A stretch of DNA of 64,000 bases from Octopus sinensis. Taxonomy: Eukaryota. A program made the position numbers and the translations under genes. The notes below the pieces were generated by a model that saw only the letters and a program-made list of their open reading frames with translations, searched no databases and was not told the origin of the DNA. Positions 30,201 to 42,200 of the stretch are shown here, one piece after another; the first letter of the stretch is position 1; each line of letters begins with the position of its first letter. The DNA is taken from positions 26,164,001-26,228,000 of the forward strand of contig NC_043013.1 in NCBI RefSeq assembly GCF_006345805.1, in the 5' to 3' direction.

Positions 30201-33200
30201 CTGTTACCCTCAGTAGATTATCCCCAAAGAACTTCCAGATGTCCTCTGTTATATTTCTTTATCTCTTACTCCTCCTTTTCATCAAACGCTTCAGTTAAAA
30301 TATCTCTAAATCGCTGGCCATTTGTAGGATCTTTGAGCTTCCATTACCTCCTTTTCCATATCAGTTTGTGTGTCTAAGTCCTTCTAGCACTGAGTTTCAA
30401 TTTACCAACCACTAACCTATGTTGAGTTATACATTCTTCACTTGGGAAGGACTCTGCATTCACAAGCATCCACCTGTCCCCATTTCTGGTGAGAACGTGG
30501 TCCACCAGTCTTTGTGTACCCACCAGATTGTTAAGTGGCAGGCAACTGCAGGTTTCCCACAGTTAGCACTGCCTTGAAGTAAGCACTGCAAGTCATTTGT
30601 ATCACAAAATTCCAGTTTTTCTCCCTCTTCATTTCTAGAACCAATGCCATAACCATCATGTACATCATGAAATCCATCAGAGCATTTCCCAACATAACCA
30701 TTGAAGTCACCAACCATGATGATAATGTCATTGTCTTTCATCATAGAGGTAGTCTGCAGAAGAGATTCATAGAAATGGTTCTTCTGATTTGCTAAGCTAG
30801 CATGTGAAGCATATGCAGGGATAAACGTCCTGTTATAGTAAACAAGACTATTCTTGGCTTAATAATCCTATCACACACCCTGACTACTTCAATCTCTGCC
30901 AGAAAAATACCTACACCACCTACTCTATCGCCACTGCCCATCCAAAATTTGTATATATGTTCCTTACTCACAATCAGTGTAGCTGAAGCTTCCCTCCATC
31001 GTACCTCTTGTATACTGTACATATGTACATGCCTCTGCTTTAGCATTTCAATGCCAGATTTGCCTTTCATTGTGCCAGCTTTGATGGTGGCAGTTATAAG
31101 CTTCTTGGTTTCTCCTTAAGTGCTTTATCATACTGTTGTAAACTAAAATGACTAGTCCCTCTGTTGGGTCTATGTTGAGAGGATCTTCTTCCTCCCATAC
31201 ATTCTCCACATTTAATAACCTTTAATGTTTGCACTTCTACTCTCTCTCTTCAAAATAAGTAAGTGCAAATGTACTGCTATCCATCCATACACATCAATGT
31301 GTAAAATAATTGCCATTTGTACATAAAAAGGAAAAGGTATGTAAAAATATTCACAAAAGCATGTAAAATGTTGTTGCTACACAAATCCAGTGACAAAATC
31401 ATGAACTAATTATTGGATACAATTTCTACAAACAGATATTATCACTAAAAATTAAAAGAACATTAAAAACAATTACCTTTGCAATTTTCCGGCCATATCC
31501 TACAAACTTTACCTCACCAAATGCATCAGTACTCTCAGATGGACTTGATACCTCTTCCTCATCACTAATGCATCTATCAAAGGCATACCTAAACCAAATA
31601 AACAGCTGAAGTAAAACTCTGGTAGAAAAGGGAAAATAGCAAAATCAAGAGATAAAGGAAACCACACTGCAAAATACAAATATTCACAGATATAGAGACA
31701 TAAACTCATAAACAGAAAAAGATAGATATCTTTTAATTTAGTTGGATAAAATAATGATTAATTTTAGAAATTGAAAATGAAAAACAAGAAATATTTTGCC
31801 ATCAGAAGTAAATAAAAAAAATAGGGTACACAGAGAAATAATGATTCCATGTCTGGAATGGTGCTGCTGCTACGTATACAAATATCATATGACCACATCC
31901 AGAAAGAAAAAAAGTTTCTCAATTGATTAGCACGAAGTCACCAATACACACCAAATTCTGACCCATGAATGTGATGTGTCCTCTGCCTTTTCTACCAGTA
32001 CTACAATAGCCTCTGCTCCTGAGAGCTGGTTGGCCTCTTGCCATCTTACCTGGGTATTACTGGTATACACATCTCTTGTGTCCATTAGATTTGAACCCAC
32101 ACTAACACTATGTCTATTCTCTTGAGGTATCATTCCTCCTCTGGGACTCACTTCCTGCTCATACTTTCTGTCCTAAAAAGTCTTTGGGCACAAAGCAATA
32201 AAAAAATAGAATGATATGCAAAATATATACAAACTCATACACGCTAATACCCGAAGAAGAAAAAGAGAAACTTAGATGTTTGTACTTGTTGAACTCATCA
32301 TTTCCTCTCCTGTCTAACTTAATAGCACCACCTGATAGAATCATCTGTTAAGTATTAAGAACTTTTTGAATCAAGTTTAATGGTGTTATGACCCCTTTCA
32401 AGCAGAAAGATGTTGAATGAGATGTATCCAGGTATCGATGGCTTATCTGGCATCACTTGAAGAAATTTGTCCAGGTTACATTTGAAGGTGATTGAATTTT
32501 TTCCTTCTTTGATTTGTTTTGGGAAAATGTTAAACAGAGCAGGGCCTGTTAAAGAAAAGAAATTGTATTGCTGTGAATTAATGTGTTGTGAGCCTGAATT
32601 GTGTAGGGGACATATGGCATATAGACCCCAGCTTTGGATGAATTTTGCTGGTGCTATATTCTCTACATTGTATAAAATGATGCAGAGCTCACAGCAGCAT
32701 GGGAGAGAATAAAGTTTCAATGTTTTAAGGCAGTCCTAATAATCAAGATCAGTCATGCCCTTCATTTTTTTAGTGAATGCTCTCTGGTGTGACTTAATTC
32801 TCATAATGTTTTGTTTTTTATGAGGGAGACCACAGGCAGATAATCACAAAATTTAATTTATTTCACCTATAATATCATAAATGCTAGTCTATGTTAATTT
32901 CCTGTTTGACTTGAAAGTGGTATGTTTAAAGAAATTATTACCTGATGTATTAAAAGCCTATAGATTATATTTCTTAATTCAATTTTTGACTTTCACATGT
33001 CCTTTATTGAATTTGTTCTTTTAAATCACTAGAATCTATTTTTATAAAATAACAGTAACACAATTGAATAGACATACCCCTTTTGATGTAAAAGAACACA
33101 ATAATAATGGTTGGCCATATCTCTTTCATTGTAAAAATTGTCCCAATTCTTTTTGAAGAAATGAATATTTTAATTCCCTTACAGATCAGATATCATAAAG

Positions 33201-36200
33201 AATTTGATTTCATAGATTATTAGCATCCTAATTGAGTTCAGAAAGGCCTTATTTCCAATGACTATATACTTACATTTCATCATCTGAACCAAAACTCTCT
33301 TCAGAACTTGTTTCTACTTCTGACTGGAAAATAACAGAAACAAAGTTAACAAGAACAGTTTTTCACCCAGCTCTCGAAAAGCAATCTTTGTTGAAATCTC
33401 AACAATGATTTCCTTCTGGTTTTTCTTTCCATAGCATTTTGGCATAAAATATTGTCAAAGGAATACATATTTAAAAAATTTTTTGTTTCAATTTTGGTAC
33501 ATGCTATGTGTATTTACTTACATGTTGTGATAATAAACAGTTTTTACTGTAGTTTGTAGTAGATTTCCTTTATCATCACCCTCATCACTTACTCCACTCA
33601 AGTCTTCACCTTCTTACTCATTTCATAATCTCTGTATAAAAGATTAAATTGGACTAACTGTGCCCAGTACACTATACTCTATCTCGACTCTCCCAACTCT
33701 TGTACTGCCTGTCATCACCTCATTTCAGTCAGTCTGTCATCACTCTCTTGCTTTTTGGACCAAGTCTAGCCAGTAAAACTCTTCCTTCATTCTCTTCTCC
33801 TGTATTGTGTCTTATCCCTCAATATATCACTGTCTCTGAAGGCCATCATACACTGGCCACTTTTCTCCCACACATCCTGGGTCTCTATCATCACTATCAC
33901 CTGGGTTTACATTATCATCAATCATTGTCCTATCTTTTTGGCTACATTGCCTTGCCTATATGAATATGTCCCTGAATTTTCAGTACCTCTATCACACATC
34001 CCCACTATTATACATGCTTTTTATCAATTACCACTGTCACCTATTCCTCTATCACTCATGCATTTTGCTCTAGTAGACATGTGCAGTTATGAGGTCCCTT
34101 TAAACAAATCAAAGACATGGCTATTTCTGTATTGCTAGTACACCTTGTAATGTGTATGGTTGTGAGGCAGTTTTGACAGGGGACAGATTGTGTGTAGTGG
34201 GGCAACATGGCTGTAGGCAAATTATTTTATGCATGGCTATGATTTTACTAAGTTTCACATGTCTTCCCAAGCACAGCAAATCGCCAAATGTCACAGCTCC
34301 TCCACAATGAGGCTCAACAACTGAAGGTCATTTCTCATCACTTCATCCCACGTCTTCTGCAGTCTGCCCCTCCACAATTAGAGATTGGCCTTTCTTTAGG
34401 CAACTGTCCTCATCCACATGCATCACATGACCTTACCAGTGCAGTCTTCTCTTGTACACTATATCTGATGCCGCTTATATCCAATTTTTCTCTTAAAACA
34501 TTTATATTATCATCGTCTTTCGTCATAATCATCATCATCATCATTTAGTATCTGCTTTTCATGGAGGCTTGGGTTTAGGCGATTTAACTGGAACCAGTAA
34601 GCTGGAGAGCTGCACCACGTCCCAGTCTTATTTGATTTCTACAGTTGGATGCCCTTAAACAGCTGATGGCCTTTTCCTTTCATTTGTCCACTCACTCATG
34701 TGTGTGTGTGTGTAGTCTATGTGTGTCGTGTGTTAATGAATAGTTACGATCTATACTGGGCTACATTTAGAAACAGTGACATCACCATTTGCAGAACAGT
34801 GACAAGTGATGACATTGTTGTTTGGGGCTAGGCTGCAACTGATGTCATCTGAAATATCTTGTCAGCTAATCATCTATTTCCTTACTTTCTTATTCCAACA
34901 GATAAAACAAAAAAAAAACTCTTACTTGAAAAATAGGTAAGGATTGGTGACAGGAGGGAATCTCACCATAAGATCTTGTTTCACATGCATCTCCTCATAC
35001 CTAAGCATGCCAGCAAAGATGCTAAACAAATGAACAAAAGCATGAAAATAGCAGTAAAGCTGCATGATAGTGGTGTCAAACCTGGCACCCAGGCCATCGT
35101 ATAATTTTTTTGACATTGTTTTTATTCTTCTTTTCCATTTTATTTTGACATGCACATTGCATTTTTATTCTTCACTTTTTATGAATTCAGTGAGCACATG
35201 CACATTGCATGTTCATTCTTCTTTTCCCAGATCCTACTCAAAACTGTTTACAGATCACAACCAGCTCATGAACTATGTTTGTGAGGAGTGCTTGAAGCAC
35301 TGTTGGTTGTGAAATAAACAGAGCTGCTGTCATGCGAAGCCACTGATGAAATTTCAAATTACTCACTGGTCGCAATTCATGCAATTAAAAAAAATGAATA
35401 AAATAAAATGAAATAAAATCTTTAAAATGCTACCTCTCTCCTTTGTTGTTTTCCAGCAGTTGAAGCTAACATAACAAGTCTACCTCTTGAAAATCTGAAA
35501 TGGAGTGCATCATTGTAAAAATTAATCAATTAGAAAGTTCAAGATAATTAAAGTTAATATGCCTCTCTTTCTCTCCCCTTCCTCTTTCTCTACTCTCCCT
35601 CTCTCTCTCTCCTATTCTATGATCTATTTGGTATCTCATACCTACATGTTGCTCACACTGAGATTCTTCATCACTCTCCCTTCTCCTTCTTCTTGTCCTT
35701 CTTTCTGACCATAGCCACCCATCTACAAGAATAGTAAGCTATGAAATTAAATTATTTGCATATGGAAATGAGGACACCATAAACTCTGCTGATGAATACG
35801 ACCCAACTTAGAGGGCAATAACTCAAATGAAACAACCTGTATGAGATGGATGGATGGATGGATGGGAAATCTGAAGCCATGGTGAAACTTTCAATGTGAT
35901 AGTGTTGTGCATAGTAGAAGGGTGGGTAGGTGGAAACATCTGGCCATGTGTCAGAAACTCCTTTGCTAACATCAAACAATAGCATTTTCCCTTTCAGATG
36001 CAAGAAAGAGGCATATTAAGCATCAACACTTTTGCCAAAGACTATCCTCTTCCTATCAGATGCAAAATAAAAAAATCTATAACAATTAATATTGGTGCAA
36101 CGAAGGGTACATTACTTGGGTGATGGTGACAGTGGAGATGGCTGAGGTAATTGCGGCTGTGGCAGTGGCGACGATGGCTGTGGTGATGTTGGTGATGTTG

Positions 36201-39200
36201 GTGAACTTGTCCTGATAAATGTAGAGTTGAATATTTTAGTCTTTATCAATGTTCAAGACTGAGGAAAGGAAGAAATATGATATTATTGCTTGGAAAAGAA
36301 TTGAGTAAATAGAGGTAAATGGGGGGAAAGGAAGATAAAAATTTAAGATGGCAAAGACAGAGAGAAGCTTGTTGAACAATCCAAGTGTGACAGAAAGGGA
36401 GAAAAATATTGTGCTAAATCATGCAGCCATCTTATTGAATACTACATGGCTCACTCAGTAAAAACAGTGATAAATTACATGGTGTGTTATTTGACAATCT
36501 GAACATTTGGCATCCTTACCACTATTTGAGTATACCTCTAAATTCTGGTGATACCACAGCAAATATAGTTAAAGGGAATTCAGTCAGAGTATCACAGTTG
36601 GTGCTCCTCTGCACTTGTTGGCAGTATGAATCATAACACACAGTTTGGTTCCAGTGAAGTTGCTGGTGGTGTAATTATTTCTGTGTAGGTACGTCATTTA
36701 ATATTTATCCAGACTAAGTGGAGGAGAGTGGGCTTTTAAAATGTTATTATAGTAGTGGTCTGTAATGTCTGTATGTGCCTGGTCACCTGAAAGGTACTTT
36801 GCTGCAGGTTTGATGGAGGAAGGGGTCTTTGAAACTTGCTGCAGCAACAAAATATGTTCCTTGCATGTCCAGATAGTCATGCATTTTCTAGTATTTTTGT
36901 TTCATTGTGCAGGTGGTCTGTGAATAATGGTCTGTATAGAACCTGTTAGGATGTGTAATGTACTGTTTTATGTTCTTTGTAGTTTACTGTGGTTTGTTGT
37001 GGGTGATTGAGGGCTCAAATAGGACAGTCATAATCGCTGATGCATCTAATGCATTGTTTGTATACCATTAATGGTATTTTTATTAGGTTAATAAACTCTC
37101 TTCTAAACCTGAAAGCTGATGTCATGTAGAAGAACAATAAATTCACAATCGGAAAATTTTTGAATGGTGTTACAAAGAGGATCTGTCATTTTACTTACAC
37201 CTTTCAAACAAACTTCCATGACATTCCCACACCTCCACAATATATTTACAGACAGTTTCATAAGAAATTCATACTCACATCCATCTTTTAGAAACAGAGC
37301 TACATAATAACAACAAAATTAATGTAGCATGATATAAATTTATTGATGGGATTATTTGTAATGTTTGTGATGTGATAAACTATATTATATTCTATACATA
37401 TATCTATTTATATAGTAGGAGGAGATGTCAAAAGTTCAGTTTATGAAAATGTTTGTGATGATCTGTTAGCTATTACATCAATATAAATTTTTGTGTGTTG
37501 GTTAACGTCTCCCAAATCTTCCATCTTACTTCTTGCCAGTAACATTAGAAAACATAAAATACAACCAAATATCACACTCCATAACATATTGCAGATACAC
37601 AAAGAGAATATACAAAGAGTTAGTACATTTTTGCAGCAACATATACATCTACATAGAAGAATATAAATGTGATAGATAAAAGGTCTTTTTATTATGACTA
37701 TATACTTACCATTCATCTTCAGAGCCACTGTTCTCAGCTTTTTCTACTACCTATTAGATTAGAGTGAAAAAAAAACATACTGAATGTAAGAAGTAATGAT
37801 TTAGAACTGGGTCACTCAAACACTGTGACATAGATTCCATGATTTTTTAATTGGATTATTCAGTAATGAAGACATGTTTGTATGTCAATAGTATATATTT
37901 GAAGGTACAATAAGAGAATGTAGCTACTATTATCTAATGGAAATATTCCAATCTGAAATAACACAGAAATATATGAATTAGTTTTTTTTTCTTACAGTTT
38001 TCACAATGGTGTGTTGATTAAAACACACAGTAAGAATGGAAGACATCTACTGAATGAAAAACAGTTTTGCATGATGGCAACTAAGGTTATCCAGCAGACT
38101 AAGACCAAATAAGAGAGATATGCCAAAAAGTGATGAACTTTTGTCTGAGGATTCAGAGTATAACACATTAGATGTAGAATAATCTTTTCTACTATAGGCA
38201 CAAGGCCTGGAATTTGTGGGGAGGGGAATAGTCGATTACATCAACCCCAGTACTTGACTGGTATTTAATTTATCAACCCCAAAAGGAAGAAAAAGCAAAG
38301 TCGACCTTAGTTGATGAAGCAAACCTTTGTGAAACTTTCAGATTCTGATCACTAATTATTCTTGATACGTGCGTGTGTGTGTGTGTGTGTGCGCGCGCGC
38401 GTGCATGCGTGTGTAATATTGTAGTTTGGTCTACCATTACAATATATATTACCTGGGACTACCCATATAACATAGTATCTGGGTCTACCAATATAACATA
38501 TAGTAGCTGGGTCTACTGATATGAAAAAGTCTCGTAGATTGCTCTTCCAGTACGAAATATAGTTGTCTGCTCAACTAAAGTGAGAAAATAAATTTTAAAA
38601 TATTCATAAGAAGAATATGCAATGTTGCTGACATACAAGTCTATTATTCCAATGTATTCTAAATGTAGCAGAGGCATTCTAGCTTTGAAAAGAATAGTAT
38701 TAAATGCTCTGTTTCTAGGAAATGTAGTCAACCAATTGAAGAATGAATTGAATACACATAGTGCAATGCGCAGTAACTGCACAGTGCCAGGCTATTCAAA
38801 CTATGTGTAGGCTAAATAAATCATTGTTAATGCATCTTCTTTGTTGATGTTTTTTTCTGTATGTGTGAATGTGTGTGAAATATAGTTGTTGATTTTTCAG
38901 TATTGAAAATTAATGTCAAACTCCTTAAGATGCCAACAGCTCTACCAGTATGGAAATTTCCAAATTGCCTACCTGCATGGAACATTTTAGCCTGTTTTGT
39001 CAATGTGAGAAAATACATAATATTCAGTAGTAGAATATACAGTGCTGCTGCTATACAAATCCATTCATGAAACTTTGAAATATTCAATGGTCACAATTTA
39101 CGCAAAGATAATCATTGAAATATTAAGTTTTAAAAGAATTACTTTCGTTGTATGTTTTCTTATAACATTTATAATGTCATTCAACTCTTGTTCACTTCCT

Positions 39201-42200
39201 TCCCGATGTTTTTTGAGGATCATTGGTGGTCTGAAAAATCAGTCAATGAGAAAATGCAAGATAGATAAAATTAATTTGTTCTAATGAGTGTACAGTGAAA
39301 CACTTCAGTTTTTATCTTATATCTGAAAGTGGGGAAAGAAAGAAAGGGAGTGTTATTGTTTGGAATGGAATCAAGTAAACAAAAAGGGAAATGAAGAGTA
39401 GAATGTGAAAGAGTTTTTAAGAGAAACCAGTGTCAGGAATGTGTCAAGAATCAGGGTTGAAAGGTGAACAAAATTAAAGAAGCTAACAAATTCAGATAGA
39501 AACAGCTAGTATTTTAAGCAAAGGTTGAAAATTCTAAATATATTATCAGAACAAGAGAATAATGCCATATTTATCAGGTCTCTGTGTACCAGAGTTCAGG
39601 CCTAGTGAGGCAACTGATGTTGTGGCTAAATTCTCTTTGCATATTTTTATGTCTGAGCAAGCTGAATGGGAAAAACAGTGATTTCATGGTACAGTTCTAT
39701 TTGTTCTCTGGATGTATTGTTTGTGTCTGGATATCTGAAGATAGCCTTTCATGTACTTAATACTGTGGAACATGAAGCTCACTAGCAACCATGGAAGATC
39801 AATTGCAACCAATTATCACACTCCCCAGTATGTATATACATATCACATTCACATAAGAGAAAAATACAAGGAGTGACATACAACTCCTCCATCACACCAC
39901 TCTCATACATAAAAGAACCTACATTTTATGATAAATAGCTTATGTGAAATGACTATATACTTACCTCTTATCAAATGGAGAGAAACCATTCCCACATTTT
40001 GTTTCTTCTTCTCCTTCCTAAAATGATGAACAGAAAAAATGAAAAGAAAAAGATATAATAAAATGTTGGAAAGATGAAGAATTTGAAAATCCTGCCATAT
40101 GACAGGACTATATTTCATACCTAATAGTTGATTGGTCTACCAATAAGAGATATAATAGACAGTTTTGCCAATTGTAAATCTAATTGATGACTCTCCCAGT
40201 ACTAATGAACAGTACCTAGCTCTACCAATATAAAATAAAATAGTAGCCTGCGACACCAATGTAAGAAAATATATAAGAATATTCACAAGCAGAATATACA
40301 GCATTCCTTTTATAGAAATCTGTTGATGAAATTCTCAACAACCCATTCATCACAATGTATGCAAACAGAACTAATCAAGAATATTTTAAAATTTTACATG
40401 ATTTACTTCTCTGCTTTTCCCAGCATTTAGAATTTTTGGTTGCACAATTCTTTTCTTAACTCCATACCGCTTTACACGTTTCTTTGAGGTTGCTTGATGT
40501 GGTCTGCAAAATTAGTCAATTAAGAAATTCAAGATTAGTAAAGTGAATTTTTTTGTCAAGAATCTGAGGAAAAGGAGTAAGTTGTGCTGTTGTTTAGAAT
40601 GGAATCATAGAATTGGAAAATGAATTACATTTTATGGAATGATACTGGGAGTGAAAGGAATACCCAGTGGTTGTATTGTTATGTCTTGGATAGTGGTCAA
40701 GAGTACAAGGTGGTCAAAAAGTAAAGGAAGTTAGGAAATTAACTGTAAACACCTTCCGGCTCTGGAACTCATTGTGAATTTCAGTTAGTAAATATATTCT
40801 TCTTTTCTCTCTCTTTCTCTCTGTCCATATGTGCATGAATATAATTAGAATAAACATTAGCAGATACTATGGATTTCCCATTGAAAACACAAACCAGTTG
40901 CTTAATTTGCACAAACCAGTTTGCTTAATTTGCATAAATCTGTTCCTTATATAAGAGAGAAACAATCAATATCACAAAATACTTCTTTCACCAACAGAAA
41001 TATGTTTGATTGTTAAAATTACTGATATTATAGCTGTCTCCAGAAATGATGGATTGCTATTTTAAATGCCTACCAAATTTTGCTTTTTTGATCCCTGTTG
41101 ATTCATGAATAATACCAATGATCTAATGGAGTAAGATTTGGAAGTGTAGCAATTTAGTATAGTTCCTACATATAATGAGAAATGTGTTACATGGAAATCA
41201 ACTGATCTTAATAGTTATCTCCATTGCTCATTATTTGTAGCTTATTAACATTCCCGGGAGTTTTTGTCAACTAATCACTGGGATAGTCTCAGATTATCAA
41301 AGTTTTTCAACTCACTATATACCATATCTAAAACCCTGTATTATATATATGTACTTGATGTTAGGAAGGGTATCCAGCCATAGAAACCATGCCAAATCAG
41401 ACTGGAACCTGGTGCAGTTCCCCAGCTTACCAGTTCCAATCAAACTGTCTAACCCATGCCAGCATGGAAAGTGGACATTAAATGATGGTGATTATCAGCA
41501 CAATATTATCCCATTTAAGGACATATTTCTTGAATTACCTCAATTTTATGTTTTCCTGCATCCATTTCTTTATATCTTCCTGAAAATAAAGAAAAGATTT
41601 TGAATGTTAGATGAATGATTAAGTTCCAATTACTAAGATTAATGCTATAAACACAGAATCTCAAATTTTATAACAAATTATACAGAGAAGACATAACTGA
41701 ATACAAATAGCACAAGACATGAGATTAGCCAAGATTATCTGGCGGAGAAAATCTGATCCATTTTAACAGATACAATGATTTTCTTTTTCCTTATTTAGTT
41801 TTTAGCATGGTAGACTGGTTTTGACATGGGACTTGAATGAATTAAATCTTCTGGATAACAACAGTGCTACTTGAGGATAACAAAATTTATTTAACCAATT
41901 TAAACATTCAGTAGAGTTTATAAGCCATGTCAGACTTACAAAGTTCTACAATACCCCTAATATATCTTTAAAAAATGGCTAGAAAGAAGGGAAAATAGAG
42001 TATTTTTGTAGCCTCTATAAATCGGAGAATATTTTTGTTAGTGGATTCTTCAAAATAAAAAACACCTCCAGCCTTGGTAACCCTTTTGAAACCATTTTAT
42101 AAATCTCCTCTCTCCCAAACTGCTAATTTTTAGAGCTGGAACAAATAATTCCATAAGGTTTCTTAATGTTTCTACTAATAGAATGTTTCCATACATGTTT

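Noticed and set aside
35752-36003. 83-aa minus-strand ORF with an acceptor-like start between A4 and A5
   Set aside because: Its open phases do not fit the phase-2 junction and the donor is weak
36500-37300. Faint Helitron Rep-like words (MHQRL, KFQRPLP) on the minus strand
   Set aside because: Too degenerate to call without an HMM search
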